In this document: in pieces, positions 9,549 through 20,256 of the stretch
Numbering within the stretch: position 1 is the first letter of the stretch
Layout of the letters: each line of letters starts with the position of its first letter
Origin: a virus
Strand: one strand, 5' to 3'
DNA: 64,000 nucleotides
Virus record (IMG/VR): IMGVR_UViG_3300034068_001120
Location: 38,842 to 102,841 of that record
The notes under the pieces: generated by a model
The model's database searches: none
The model's input: only the letters and a program-made list of their open reading frames with translations
What the model was told of the DNA's origin: nothing
Position numbers and translations under genes: made by a program

Positions 9549-10211
9549 TTAAAGATTCATCAATTCAAGGTATGGTTGTTTTCCATTTAGTACAACTCCA
9601 CACGACACAACTGGTTTCTTGAGATGATATTGTCCATATGAAAAATTGATATGATTTCTGTCTACTCCTGTACCAACATCCATACCAAAGAATCTGGTTG
9701 TTGGTCCAACTAACCAATTAATTCCTGCTATTGAATGATGATGTCCAAGAACACAACTGGTTGCTCTTGCTTTGGCAAGATTAAATGAAGGATATTGAGA
9801 GCCAGTTCCTGTTCCGTGAGTGTAGTAGACCCCATCAATAGTGAATCCATAATCCCAAACCCACTTTGGAGTTTTATATATTTCAGGATATTGTTTAATA
9901 TAGAACGAAGGAATGCCGACATCCGCACTCAATCTAAAAACTCGTTCATCATGGTTACCAATACAAATCTTCATCTTTGGAAATACCTTGTACCATTTTT
10001 TAATACAAGCCAAGGATGCTCTATATTCATCCATTGCAGCAACCGAGTCTGGATGCTTCTTGTGAAAAGAAATGGTATGATGATCTACAACATCTCCAAT
10101 ATGAACCACACCAGTGCATTTATACTTTTTGTATATTTCTTGCACAAATTGCAAGTATTTGGGATGAACAGCAGGAAAATGAGTATCACCAATAACTAAA
10201 ATGTTTGACAT
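9549..10211 (-). CDS. calcineurin-like metallophosphoesterase
   Basis: Motifs GDTH, GDVVD, GNHD, THG, GHHH. Confidence 0.92.
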   Translation of the reverse strand: MSNILVIGDTHFPAVHPKYLQFVQEIYKKYKCTGVVHIGDVVDHHTISFHKKHPDSVAAMDEYRASLACIKKWYKVFPKMKICIGNHDERVFRLSADVGIPSFYIKQYPEIYKTPKWVWDYGFTIDGVYYTHGTGTGSQYPSFNLAKARATSCVLGHHHSIAGINWLVGPTTRFFGMDVGTGVDRNHINFSYGQYHLKKPVVSCGVVLNGKQPYLELMNL

Positions 10212-10235
10212 AATATAAATCCTTTAAATAAGTGG

Positions 10236-10439
10236 TTACACGATATTAGTAGTTTCACACAACTCGTTTAGTTCTTTGCGTATTTTCTTATGCTCCATGA
10301 GTAATGAATCATACTCAGCGGAAATCTTCTCTATATGTAGAGTTAGTTTCTGTATTTCCTTACAAGATACCAGCACATTCTTATGATTTTTCCAAGGAAT
10401 ACCACATACTTCACACAATAAGTCTTTTGATAAATTCAT
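10236..10439 (-). CDS. small Cys/His plus coiled-coil protein
   Basis: CEVCGIPWKNH...C, similar to CHSCGVPWASH...C in 11424..12437. Confidence 0.5.
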   Translation of the reverse strand: MNLSKDLLCEVCGIPWKNHKNVLVSCKEIQKLTLHIEKISAEYDSLLMEHKKIRKELNELCETTNIV

Positions 10440-10632
10440 TTTTATTATTTTCGATCTAAATAAAATAAACAAGTAAGAATAAATGCACATCCTAGTATTA
10501 CTGGAAGGGAATTTCGAGCAATATGTATGAAAAATCCCAATAATCCTTCAGTACAATAAATCAATCCAACACTAAAGATATAAACCAATATAAAGGCGCA
10601 ACAAAAATACGGAATATCTTTTCGTGTTAATT

Positions 10633-10971
10633 TCATTCGTCCTTTCCTGCGCCCCATCCCGACATACGAACACGATCTGTATTTCGATTTAGTTCTTTGA
10701 TAGTCTTCTTGTTCATATCTACCGAAACATAAACACAGGCATCCAGACCATGGTCTTCTGGTTTCTTTTTTGAATCAAGTCCTGCTATTGTTCCAAGACC
10801 GTAGAACTGTTCTCCTACTTCTAGCATTGGTCCGCCTTCAAAGTCAAACATGCCTTCTCCTTGCCTAGCATATTGGCTTTTGCCATATATTCTAAAAACG
10901 CCTTGTTTAGAATCAACACACTCAATTGTGCGTTTGTCTCCGTATCTGGATTGTGTAATTATTGGGTTCAT
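10633..10971 (-). CDS. hypothetical protein
   Basis: 112-aa ORF (SRYGD.R, FDFEGGP). Confidence 0.6.
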   Translation of the reverse strand: MNPIITQSRYGDKRTIECVDSKQGVFRIYGKSQYARQGEGMFDFEGGPMLEVGEQFYGLGTIAGLDSKKKPEDHGLDACVYVSVDMNKKTIKELNRNTDRVRMSGWGAGKDE

Positions 10972-11423
10972 TGTTTGCCTTTCTTTTTCTTGAGTTGCTT
11001 ATAATCCCAAACTGACCATCCTATCATACCAAATAGTGCAGTGAATGCGAGGATAACGAATATGAGTACTTGTGTTCGTTCGTTCATTTCAGTTTGCTTT
11101 CTGTGATCACATCTGTAATCACGAGTGGGTAATGGCGAAGACACGCCGATGCCTTTGCTCTAATCTCTTTAGGCACTTTTGGTGTTATTGTTTTATTAAG
11201 TAGTGCAATTAGAAATTCCTTAGTCATTTCAAGTGATCTGATTTCTTCTTCTCTTGTTGTCATTTTGTTTGCTCTTTGTAAATTTCGTACAGTCCTTCTA
11301 GGTGTCCATTAGAATCCGCACCATGTTCGATTCGACAATTAATTTCCGTCAAGATGCGCCGCACTAAAGAGTTCGCTTCGTCCCGTTCCTTACGAAGTTG
11401 CTCTATTTCTTCTTCTCTTGTTG

Positions 11424-12437
11424 TCATTTTTTCTTCTTTATTGGTTTGATCTTTGGTGGAGTCTTACTGAACTTACCTTCTTTTGCTTCTTTTAATCCTT
11501 TGCAAAGTTTTGCATCTTGCGACACTTCTTGCGACAAAGTGTCACTAGCCACTTCCTCCTTGAAGCAATCCCAACCACGATCAGCGGCAAACCATTGCAA
11601 TTTTAGACGAGTTGGTTCGACAGTTTTTTCTGCCAAAAACCAACAAACCTCACGCCTTGCATAGTCACGCTCTTTCCGTAGTTGTGCATTCTCTGCACAA
11701 GTTCCAGCGATTCCCATATGAGATGCCCACGGCACACCACAGGAATGGCAATGAGATTGAACTGCTGCAGAATCTGTATCCTCTAATTGCGACACTTCTT
11801 GTGACAAAGTGTCACGAGCCACTTCTTGCAGTTGTGCAATCACTATCTTCATCTCTGTCATTTCTGTTCGGCGATCCCACAATTCTTGATTAAGACTGTC
11901 CCACATTTCTTGCGACATTTCTTGTGAAAATTGTTCCGACACTTTGTCGGGATTTGAATCTGTTAGGAATTCTTCGGCACTTCCACTTACCCAACCTTGG
12001 CGTTTTAGATTACAGGCAGTACAAGTGGTGTGCAACCAACCACTATCTGTATTTCTCCGTGCAGGACTTCCACATAGTTCACATATTCGTCCTGACATTG
12101 CTTCTGCCAACTCAATCATTGCTTCTGTGCTAGCATCTCCACCGTCCACATAGAATCGAAGTGTTCCCAATTTCTCTTTGACTTGGGCAGCAACAACCTG
12201 TACATATTCAGGATCACCTTCTTCGACGAACTCGTACTTATCTGTTTCGATTATGTAGCGTGTATTTGCAGCAGTACAATGTTGTTGCATTGTATAACAG
12301 AGTGTATCTAGGAGGTCGTACCACCCATCGTTGCATTCGATACCCCATGCCATACAAGTCACCATCGGATCACCGCCGATATTCTTGAATATCTTTGGAT
12401 AGGTTTTTATTAAATCGTTTTGTAATTTTTCATTCAT
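11424..12437 (-). CDS. mosaic hypothetical protein
   Basis: WGIECNDGWYDLL...QVKEKLGTLRFY...SGRICELCG phage domain, followed by short modules and a duplicated DTLSQEVSQ. Confidence 0.7.
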   Translation of the reverse strand: MNEKLQNDLIKTYPKIFKNIGGDPMVTCMAWGIECNDGWYDLLDTLCYTMQQHCTAANTRYIIETDKYEFVEEGDPEYVQVVAAQVKEKLGTLRFYVDGGDASTEAMIELAEAMSGRICELCGSPARRNTDSGWLHTTCTACNLKRQGWVSGSAEEFLTDSNPDKVSEQFSQEMSQEMWDSLNQELWDRRTEMTEMKIVIAQLQEVARDTLSQEVSQLEDTDSAAVQSHCHSCGVPWASHMGIAGTCAENAQLRKERDYARREVCWFLAEKTVEPTRLKLQWFAADRGWDCFKEEVASDTLSQEVSQDAKLCKGLKEAKEGKFSKTPPKIKPIKKKK

Positions 12438-12702
12438 GTGAGTTTCTTTCTTGTTCTACTCTTTCATCCAAGTCAATTAGAATTACTTTGCGCCATGTTT
12501 CTTGGTCACACCCATTGCTATACATTGCCTCATTTACTTCTTTTACAATCATGTCTTTTGTATTTTTGGATAAGAGTTTCCAATTCGTTACGATGGCATC
12601 GGCACCGTCTGATGAAGCGTATGTCTTCCTAGACAGACAATATCTAAACATCCAAAATAGCTGGTCTTCTGTTACTGTTATTTTATTATTTAACTTTCCC
12701 AA
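12430..12702 (-). CDS. hypothetical protein
   Basis: FRYCLSRKTYA motif; overlaps both neighbours in the operon. Confidence 0.6.
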   Translation of the reverse strand: MGKLNNKITVTEDQLFWMFRYCLSRKTYASSDGADAIVTNWKLLSKNTKDMIVKEVNEAMYSNGCDQETWRKVILIDLDERVEQERNSHE

Positions 12703-13229
12703 TATACTATTTCTCCTCGTTTGTAAAATTTTAAGTTCTTTGAATGCTTTTCATCTGTAAAATGCTTGTCCTTGATAGTGAAATGATTATTAGGAACAAG
12801 AGCAAAATATCCACGATCAAGTGTAATAAGACTTAAGGGTTTATGTTCAGCAGGATAACGAGAATAACCATCTTTCCAATCAATTATGATTCCTGTATGC
12901 CTACCTTGTTTTCCTGCATGAAATACATTGACAGCGAGTCCTTCAAGATAAGTTGCTCCAAAAGTTTCAAGATGATTACCCATTCCACCCCAAGGTTGAA
13001 TGGCATTATTCTTACCATCATCAAACACTTCCGTGGTAGACAAAGCAGATAAGGGAAGACCCGACCAATGAGCACCTGATTGAAGAACAACATGACAGCA
13101 AATCAATTGTCCTATTCTTGAGTATATAGCGTGCCATATAGCAGGAGTGTGCCCAATAGGCATATCATTACCAAGAAATGAATTTTTAACATTCACATAC
13201 AGATGATGTGGTAGGTTAGCATTTTTCAT
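12690..13229 (-). CDS. hypothetical protein
   Basis: GAGGAG SD before MKNANLP. Confidence 0.65.
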   Translation of the reverse strand: MKNANLPHHLYVNVKNSFLGNDMPIGHTPAIWHAIYSRIGQLICCHVVLQSGAHWSGLPLSALSTTEVFDDGKNNAIQPWGGMGNHLETFGATYLEGLAVNVFHAGKQGRHTGIIIDWKDGYSRYPAEHKPLSLITLDRGYFALVPNNHFTIKDKHFTDEKHSKNLKFYKRGEIVYWES

Positions 13230-13398
13230 TTCATATCTCCTCAAGCCCAATCTGGAAGCGAGTCAGGTCCGTCATCATCATGAGAATTGGTTGCCCAACA
13301 AAGTTTATCAATCTGTTTTTGTTGTTGGGCAATCTTATCTTCTGCCACTTTAAGTCTTCTTTGTAGTTCCTTTAACTGAAACTCAAGTTGTAAATTTG

Positions 13399-13917
13399 TC
13401 ATTTCATATATCCTTTTTTGAACTGTTCGTTGTTAAAGTTTGCTTCCTCTTGAAGATTGAGCATCTCTGCTAGTTGATTCTGCTCGTCTTCACGGCAGAT
13501 CTTCATTACATTCTCAATGGAAAGAGTGCAATCTCCTGCAGGGGATGCGCCGTACGGAGGTAATATCCCACGCACAACTGGTGACGGGACATACTCTGAT
13601 ATTCTTATTTTTGCCTCTTCTATCCGCTCATGTAAGACTCCTGCTCCCTCGAGGGTATCCAACAACTCCTCCTTGAGGGCAACAACTTGATCTTGTAGTT
13701 TTACAAGTTCAGCAATCGCTCTACCCATCAAAATCTGCTCTAGGGACGATCCCCTGCCCTCATCCAAATACTTCTGCATCAATAAGATCGTATTAGGTTC
13801 TCCATTCTCTCCTTCAAATAGTTTGCCCACAAACGAACTACTGAGTTCATTCATAAATTTTTCTACCGTCATCGTGTCTGCAATCTTTTGCCCTTGTGTT
13901 TGTGGTTTAATTTTCAT
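13399..13917 (-). CDS. hypothetical coiled-coil protein
   Basis: 172-aa ORF with SD. Confidence 0.6.
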   Translation of the reverse strand: MKIKPQTQGQKIADTMTVEKFMNELSSSFVGKLFEGENGEPNTILLMQKYLDEGRGSSLEQILMGRAIAELVKLQDQVVALKEELLDTLEGAGVLHERIEEAKIRISEYVPSPVVRGILPPYGASPAGDCTLSIENVMKICREDEQNQLAEMLNLQEEANFNNEQFKKGYMK

Positions 13918-14174
13918 TTTTTATTCCTTCTATCCATTAGGATTGAAATTACGATTGCAACAGATACAACTAATACTAGAAACAAAATAATCATTTGCGT
14001 TTCTCGTTTTGTAGTAACAATATAATGTTAAATAATTGAACCACAATTATAATGCACAATAAAGTAATCATCGAAGGTTTATCCTTTTTAAGATTGTATG
14101 AAGAAGTGTACTGACTATAGCACACAGCAACATAAAGCAAACTACAGGTATTGCTACAGAGAGTACGGTTTCAA

Positions 14175-15119
14175 TCATTTTGTTTGGCTCTTTTCAGGCA
14201 TTGAACAATACCTATACATAGGATTTTTGGTTGTGTACCACAAGACTGCAAGATCTTTTGCTTTTGCTTCTACCATTATATCATATGGTAGAGTAAGTGA
14301 TAATTCAGGAATCATACTATTTATGAAATCTGAATGTGCCTGTGGTCTAGCACCTATTTTAGATTCTGAATAATGTACTTTCGGTATCTCACAAAATCCC
14401 GCCCAAGTACTGAACGCCATTGCAGCGGCATCTTGTAAAGATTCTCGATTGCAAAATTGGTGATGATGAATATCCAAAACCAATTTAATTCCAGGACAAC
14501 GAGGCACAATGAGTTCAAACAGATCACTCATACTCCACATACTCGCCTTATCATCATTCTCTATCGTTAGTCTTTCTTGAATAGCAACAGGCAAAAGAGC
14601 ATATTGTTCTGCAAATCGTTTTGCAGTTTCTAGTTTGTTCTCATATACACCACCAATATGGATATTGATTGCAAACTCTGCTCCATATCCTAGCATATCT
14701 GCAATTGTAGAGTGCATTTGCAATCCTAAAATACTTTTCTCTACAGTTTTAGGATTAGGTGAAGCAAGGCAAGTATATGGGCCAGGATGACAACTCAATC
14801 GCATTCTTTTTTGTTTTGCGTAGTAACCTGCTGTTTGTAAATTGGTTTGTATTGCAACTGCATCAGGCAAATCTGTTACCTTGTATTGCAATGTAGAATG
14901 ATCTATAAACGGAAATATGCCACTACCAACTCGAAAAAAGTAAATCTTATTTTGATAATTCCATTCTAGAATCGGCAACAAGTCAGCACTATTTTTAAGT
15001 GCCAACTCGTTTGCACGAGCAATAGAAAACTTATTCATTCGACAAGTTCTATCTGTTAGGACTTCGTTTGATTCATTAAGTGTCATATTTTTACAAGCAT
15101 ATCCAAACCGTTTAATCAT
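14175..15119 (-). CDS. uvsE: UV damage endonuclease UvsE
   Basis: RFGYAC, FFRVGSGIFPF, RLSCHPGPY..L.SP, NIHIGGVY, LTIENDD, LDIHHH, PKVHYSE, AHSDFI, MVEAKAKD. Confidence 0.95.
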   Translation of the reverse strand: MIKRFGYACKNMTLNESNEVLTDRTCRMNKFSIARANELALKNSADLLPILEWNYQNKIYFFRVGSGIFPFIDHSTLQYKVTDLPDAVAIQTNLQTAGYYAKQKRMRLSCHPGPYTCLASPNPKTVEKSILGLQMHSTIADMLGYGAEFAINIHIGGVYENKLETAKRFAEQYALLPVAIQERLTIENDDKASMWSMSDLFELIVPRCPGIKLVLDIHHHQFCNRESLQDAAAMAFSTWAGFCEIPKVHYSESKIGARPQAHSDFINSMIPELSLTLPYDIMVEAKAKDLAVLWYTTKNPMYRYCSMPEKSQTK

Positions 15120-15360
15120 GTCGATTTAATCCTAATTGTTTTTGGTATTCCATTACGATTCTTCCTGCTTCATCACACGATTTTTCGTGTCCATGAGTAT
15201 TTGTGAAGTGGCCTTTATCACAATGAATAATATTTAATAAATCCTCTACATCATTCTTTAACTTTCTATATTCTCTGCATTTAGATAAATCTCCAAGACT
15301 ATTAACTATAGGAAATCCACAGTTCACACATTGTATTAAAGGATTAAAGCCGTTAATCAC
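15112..15360 (-). CDS. hypothetical protein
   Basis: GTG start with SD; coupled to uvsE. Confidence 0.5.
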   Translation of the reverse strand: MINGFNPLIQCVNCGFPIVNSLGDLSKCREYRKLKNDVEDLLNIIHCDKGHFTNTHGHEKSCDEAGRIVMEYQKQLGLNRHD

Positions 15361-15484
15361 TTGTATTCCTTTCTTGAAATAATATAGGATACCGTTTTTA
15401 ATCCAACAAACATACCAAGTGCAAATACAGCAATAATTATACCATTGTACTCAAGGAACGATTGAATGTTCAATACAGTCTGCA

Positions 15485-16627
15485 TCATTCGTAGTCCCTC
15501 ACACTAACACCGATAGGAAACCGTGGCAGATTGCCATTAGTGAGTCCCTGATACCGTACAGTCAACATCTTCCCGATTACACTCCTAGGATTCTTTAAGA
15601 TGTCTTTAAGAACATCAAGTGAGCCTTCCATCTTGCAATCAAACAAATCACCCTTTAATGTTGTACAAGTAAAGATGGCACATTCTGCCATTCGACCACG
15701 ACCTGCCTTTACTCCTGTAATCTTAAACTCGGCATCATCGAACTCCTTGATCTTTTGCAGATTGTAGGATCGTTTGTATTCATAAAGAGAATCGGCATTG
15801 CGTGCCATTGTGCCTTCGTATCCTGATGTGCGATCTTCTTGAAATTGTTCCATTAGTTGATTCGCGTCCAATATAAAAGTAGTATTCACAGAAATCAACG
15901 GTGCTTTGAGTTCGGCATTCTTGATTGCATCTGTGCGTTCCGTGAATGCACAACCATCAATCATATCATACACATGATATTCCACCACTTCGTGTCCTGC
16001 CTTTGGCGTGACTTGCTTCACAAACGATACAATCTCTTCAAACCGATTCTTGTAAGAATGGTTATATAGTTCACCATCCAAAACAGTTCGATCTTCTGCC
16101 GTGTCTCCATCATATTGAGGAAACTGTTCTTCCAATGCACGAATAATGTGAGGAACTCCTGTAATCGGCTTGCGAGTGCGCGACCACAAAGTAGCCACAC
16201 CAAGTTCAATAATAGCAATGCATCGAATACCATCTAGTTTCGGTTGAGCATAACAAGGATACTCAATCTTACTTTCGTGATCTCGGAATTTGTGAGCCAG
16301 CATGGGATCAACGCCACCAACAACGAATTGAGTGTCAACCAATCCTGCCTTGGCTGATTCTTTTGTCTTGGAATATCCACTCTTTAACTTTTTCTCCCAT
16401 TGTGCAGTTGCTTCTGCAATAGCCTGTTCTTCAGGACTTGTTTCATTGGATTTACCCACATTCTTTCCTTTTCGGATTATATCTCTTGTGGTTTGCATTT
16501 TACCATCAATCTGACCATATACTTTGATAATACAATTGCTTTCCACACAAATACTCCATTGTTGAATGCTTCCGTTGGAATTAAGAGAAAATAATGGTGC
16601 AAAGTTTTTCATGATTAAGGTTTTCAT
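15485..16627 (-). CDS. lig: ATP-dependent DNA ligase
   Basis: PMLA, QPKLDGIRC (KxDG), LDGELY, YHVYD, GYEGTM, KRS..LQKIK, OB-fold end TVRYQGLT..LPRFP. Confidence 0.95.
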   Translation of the reverse strand: MKTLIMKNFAPLFSLNSNGSIQQWSICVESNCIIKVYGQIDGKMQTTRDIIRKGKNVGKSNETSPEEQAIAEATAQWEKKLKSGYSKTKESAKAGLVDTQFVVGGVDPMLAHKFRDHESKIEYPCYAQPKLDGIRCIAIIELGVATLWSRTRKPITGVPHIIRALEEQFPQYDGDTAEDRTVLDGELYNHSYKNRFEEIVSFVKQVTPKAGHEVVEYHVYDMIDGCAFTERTDAIKNAELKAPLISVNTTFILDANQLMEQFQEDRTSGYEGTMARNADSLYEYKRSYNLQKIKEFDDAEFKITGVKAGRGRMAECAIFTCTTLKGDLFDCKMEGSLDVLKDILKNPRSVIGKMLTVRYQGLTNGNLPRFPIGVSVRDYE

Positions 16628-16641
16628 TGTCGGCTTTCTGT

Positions 16642-16968
16642 TTATTTGGTTCGAGTTTTACGATTCGAGTGCATGAATTCTGTGGTTTCGTTTTTGTCGT
16701 AGCATTTCCATTTGATTCGTGGCATTTGAGTGACAAAGTACGCAATAAGCGTATTGACACGCGCAATTCCTCTAATAGTGAACGAGTACTCTCTTACATT
16801 AGTAAGAAAACTATATCCTCTACCTCTTTCAGATCTCCTAAAGGTCTTGGGAAGCATATCCGCAAGCATATCAAGTTTCCAATCTTGTTTGCTTGAAAAA
16901 ACCAAGTCAAATACTCGATTCTTGTCCCCTTGTAGTTCTTTTATTTGATTGACAGGTTTCTTTTTCAT
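16642..16968 (-). CDS. hypothetical protein
   Basis: 108-aa ORF in the operon. Confidence 0.5.
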   Translation of the reverse strand: MKKKPVNQIKELQGDKNRVFDLVFSSKQDWKLDMLADMLPKTFRRSERGRGYSFLTNVREYSFTIRGIARVNTLIAYFVTQMPRIKWKCYDKNETTEFMHSNRKTRTK

Positions 16969-16972
16969 TATT

Positions 16973-17173
16973 TTAATTTCCTTGTTTTAAGTTTGAATCC
17001 GATCTATCCATAATAGGTATCCCATCTTCAAGAATGGTTGACAGAATCATTTTGGGAAATTCATCCTCTGTCTTAAAGCATTGAAATGCTTCGGAGGCAA
17101 ACGCCTCGGCTTGCTCTGTATCCTGACAAACAAATTCCAATACCAGTTTAATTTCTTTATTGTGCATCTGCAC
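16973..17173 (-). CDS. hypothetical protein
   Basis: 66-aa ORF with AGGAG SD. Confidence 0.5.
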   Translation of the reverse strand: MQMHNKEIKLVLEFVCQDTEQAEAFASEAFQCFKTEDEFPKMILSTILEDGIPIMDRSDSNLKQGN

Positions 17174-17435
17174 TCCTTTTTAAAATATTAGTAGTTTCCT
17201 TGCTTTCCCGTTCTTCAAAAAACGAATAATCCAACACAGGCAGAGTAATTGCATTTGCATAACGAATCATGTCTTCTTGAAGTCCATCCACCGAGTCGGA
17301 GGACATAGGATAGGATGCTGTGGAACTGCACATAACAGGTTCTCCACCTTCAAAATAGACTTCACGAATATCCCAAATAAAAGCATCTCCTACACTTGAC
17401 ATAATCACTCGATATTCCCAATAATTCTTTTTCAT
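17157..17435 (-). CDS. hypothetical protein
   Basis: Start MKKNYWEYRV after AAAGGA; the longer ORF call overlaps tRNA-Lys. Confidence 0.65.
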   Translation of the reverse strand: MKKNYWEYRVIMSSVGDAFIWDIREVYFEGGEPVMCSSTASYPMSSDSVDGLQEDMIRYANAITLPVLDYSFFEERESKETTNILKRSADAQ

Positions 17436-17452
17436 GCGATTTCCTTTTTGAA

Positions 17453-17525
17453 TGAGGTCGGTGGGACTCGAACCCACGACCAAGAAATTAAAAGTTTCCT
17501 GCGCTTCCAACTGCGCCACGACCTC
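17453..17525 (-). tRNA. trnK: tRNA-Lys(UUU)
   Basis: Acceptor GAGGTCG/CGACCTC, anticodon loop CT-TTT-AA, T-loop TTCGAGT. Confidence 0.95.
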
Positions 17526-17542
17526 AATATATTAAATTTTGC

Positions 17543-18214
17543 TCAAAGTTGCACAGCCTGATAATTTGCTCCTGCTTTCAATATAGGAGCAGGAAGAAAC
17601 ATCTTACGATTACATATAGGATTGCAATACGACTCGGCATAATATCCTGCCATAGAAATCCATTCAGGATTACCATTTCCTGGAGGAACAAGTCGAACAG
17701 GAGCATCAATTGCGTGTTGCAAAGCCAAAAGAAATTGTTCGTCGTTTAGATGATTGCTTTCTGTAATAAAAATATCCCAAGCAGCCAATCCATGAACAAT
17801 CATACAAAGAGTAGTCCATCCTGTATCTGTGGGAGAGATGGTAATACCAATCATGTCCATCATTTTCCTGTTTGTTGACATGGGAGCAATAGTGGTATCA
17901 TATTGAATAGAACAATGTTCTCTACCATTAGAATGTCCAAGTAGATGACTTGCTTCACGCCGTGAACGCTTGTCAAGAATACTTAAATATTCATTAACCT
18001 TATCAGTCATTGCGCTCATTCGTTCTTGAATACCCAACTCTCGTTCTTCACGCAATTTAATAAATATATTCTCACAATGTCGAAAAGGTACATACGCAGG
18101 AATTATCCTGACTCCCACACTACGCGCGGGAAGTGTAGACGGAGAGGTGGCAAGAGCCTGTTTAATGGCCGCAAGATGAGCAGTGATGTTAGCGGAAGGG
18201 TTAGGTGTTTTCAT
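17543..18214 (-). CDS. early hypothetical protein
   Basis: TTGACA-N17-TATACT (18224-18252) ends 9 nt before ATG 18214. Confidence 0.6.
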   Translation of the reverse strand: MKTPNPSANITAHLAAIKQALATSPSTLPARSVGVRIIPAYVPFRHCENIFIKLREERELGIQERMSAMTDKVNEYLSILDKRSRREASHLLGHSNGREHCSIQYDTTIAPMSTNRKMMDMIGITISPTDTGWTTLCMIVHGLAAWDIFITESNHLNDEQFLLALQHAIDAPVRLVPPGNGNPEWISMAGYYAESYCNPICNRKMFLPAPILKAGANYQAVQL

Positions 18215-18443
18215 GTTATACAAAGTATACAACAGGAATCACCTCTTGTCAAATGAGAAGCCTAATAATGAATATTTTAATTTGATACCTGCATTATTAT
18301 TCGTAAAATACATTATCCGAATAAAATATCGGCAGAATATGCTATTCAAGAGAGCATAACAGGAGAGTGGTGCTATGACGAAAGAGGTGGGATAGCGGAT
18401 CACAGCGGTCATTCTAGCCTTATAGATAAACCACTGTGAAGTC

Positions 18444-18489
18444 GGTGTCAGGTGGGGTGAATGGTGTCTGCGGGTGTCTGATGGTGTCA
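18444..18489 (+). repeat. helically phased GGTGTC repeats
   Basis: GGTGTC(A/T) at 18444, 18463, 18473 and 18483 in non-coding DNA. Confidence 0.6.
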
Positions 18490-18549
18490 GGATGATGTTG
18501 GGTTAGTCTGCATACCCAGATGGACTCTATTTTTACCATAAATACTTTT

Positions 18550-18942
18550 ATGATCACCTTTATTCCTTTTCTTCTAGAATCTTCCCCGACACTCTCTGCA
18601 CTTCGTCGAGCCAATGAAAAAGACTTGCAAGAACTTCCAGGGACCCGTGGCAAAGCAGCACATCGCAAATTACATCTTATAATTAAAAGATTAATTCGTA
18701 ACGAATCCACTGATTGGAGATCAAACCTGCACCTGTGGAGAGAGTACCTGCAAGCTACTATGCAAGAAGATAGTACTATTGGTATAGGCTTTCCTGCAGC
18801 AGAACCAGCCCAGAGAGCGGCTCGAGAACCGGGATCTGATCCAACTATGACGGCTAAAAGAATGAGACGGCGTAGACCTGTCGGTGAATGGTCGAGGTCT
18901 GGTACTGGACCAGTTGAGATGGGTAGAAGCACTTGGAGTTAA
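18550..18942 (+). CDS. late protein with capsid-targeting-like N-terminus
   Basis: CATAAATA at 18537-44, then MITFIPFLLE. Confidence 0.55.
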   Translation: MITFIPFLLESSPTLSALRRANEKDLQELPGTRGKAAHRKLHLIIKRLIRNESTDWRSNLHLWREYLQATMQEDSTIGIGFPAAEPAQRAAREPGSDPTMTAKRMRRRRPVGEWSRSGTGPVEMGRSTWS

Positions 18943-18975
18943 AATATAATTCACCCAGCGTTATCCAGCGTTAAA

Positions 18976-19049
18976 CATTCCTGAGTGGACTCGAACCACT
19001 GACCACCAGATTAGAAATCTAGTGCTCTATCCAACTGAGCTACAGGAAT
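18976..19049 (-). tRNA. trnR: tRNA-Arg(UCU)
   Basis: Acceptor ATTCCTG/CAGGAAT, anticodon loop TT-TCT-AA, T-loop TTCGAGT. Confidence 0.95.
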
Positions 19050-19069
19050 AACATATTAGTTGATTAGTT

Positions 19070-19360
19070 TTACTGAGAACCGTATTTACGGGCCCGCAAT
19101 CCAGCGGCTCGTTCTAATCGTTCATGATAACATTTAGGTGTGCCTCTGGCAACCTTTCGCATGACTTCTTTGAAGTCTTGTCCTGGACCCAGCGTGGCAT
19201 CGCAGCCTGTGACTGGAGGAGTAATCCAAGATTTAGCGATAACTCCTTTGGCTTCGCAGTGTGGACAAGGCTGGCTCAGAGGCTGATTTCTATCCGTCAC
19301 ACTTAAGAACTGTTCGAACTTGTAAGCGCACTCGGCACACGAAAAATCATAAGTCGGCAT
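19070..19360 (-). CDS. FmdB-family zinc-ribbon protein
   Basis: MPTYDFSCAECAYKFE...CPHC. Confidence 0.85.
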   Translation of the reverse strand: MPTYDFSCAECAYKFEQFLSVTDRNQPLSQPCPHCEAKGVIAKSWITPPVTGCDATLGPGQDFKEVMRKVARGTPKCYHERLERAAGLRARKYGSQ

Positions 19361-19363
19361 TTG

Positions 19364-19798
19364 TTAAATCTTTCTTGCAACACGAAGTCGGTGCAGTTTT
19401 TTTAAATATCTGGTGCGTTCGTAACTAATGTATTTAGCAGGAATCGGCAGACGAAATTCTCGGCACACTCTGGAAACCTCGGCTTCAGTTGATTCTTCCA
19501 TAAGTAAATAGTCGGCGTGTAAAAAGATCGGATCATCTCTCATCCATTGTTTCATGTGCACATATTCATGGACCAGAGTGAGCAGCCATTGATAGGTTCT
19601 CTTGTTTCCTGTGGCGACTCGGATAGTACCATGAATCCACAAGGCATGTATCGGAGGCTCAAAGTAGCCATCACATCTTTCTCCCTCGGCATTCACTCTT
19701 TTATTCTGGGTGATGAAAAGTCTTACATTGCACTTCTGGCAATGCGTTCGGACTGTGTCCAGAAATCGAATTACTCTAGGATTCTTCATGTAAGCCAT
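19364..19798 (-). CDS. HExxH zinc-peptidase-like protein
   Basis: TLVHEYVHMKQW...E..E. Confidence 0.65.
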   Translation of the reverse strand: MAYMKNPRVIRFLDTVRTHCQKCNVRLFITQNKRVNAEGERCDGYFEPPIHALWIHGTIRVATGNKRTYQWLLTLVHEYVHMKQWMRDDPIFLHADYLLMEESTEAEVSRVCREFRLPIPAKYISYERTRYLKKLHRLRVARKI

Positions 19799-20098
19799 AG
19801 AAAACCTCCCTGAGTATGTATTCTTATTTTATTGATCGGAGGGTAATTCTCGGTTAAAAGGTATTCGAATATACTTCTGAATAACCTTAAAGAATCAATA
19901 GAATCTAACAATTTGAAACTACAGAAGTATGTAGTATGGCGTTTTTATAATAATAAGGCGGTTAATATATTTTTCCAAAATAAATATTCTTTCCGTGTCA
20001 CAATTTCCTCCTGGACCGCGGCAGGGGTTTCTGAGAACTATGACTTTTTAAGATATAACATATTGTTTGATAGTTTAATCCCGTGGAATTCTCCCACT

Positions 20099-20256
20099 GG
20101 GTCCAGGGGAGCGGGTAATTTATATTTTAATCGGATCTCGGATAACATATTATTCAGTCGGACTCTCACCGGCCAAGGGTCCCTGGCAAAGTTCACGGGG
20201 TCCAGGGGAACGCGTAAATAATATTTTAATCGGCTCTGACTTAACATATTAATCGG
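20099..20256 (+). repeat. imperfect direct repeat with 99-bp period in a non-coding region
   Basis: GGGTCCAGGGGA...ATATTTTAATCGG...TAACATATT starting at 20099 and 20198. Confidence 0.75.

Noticed and set aside
17436-17519. N-terminal extension of ORF 17157..17519
   Set aside because: It overlaps tRNA-Lys; the SD-supported start is 17435.
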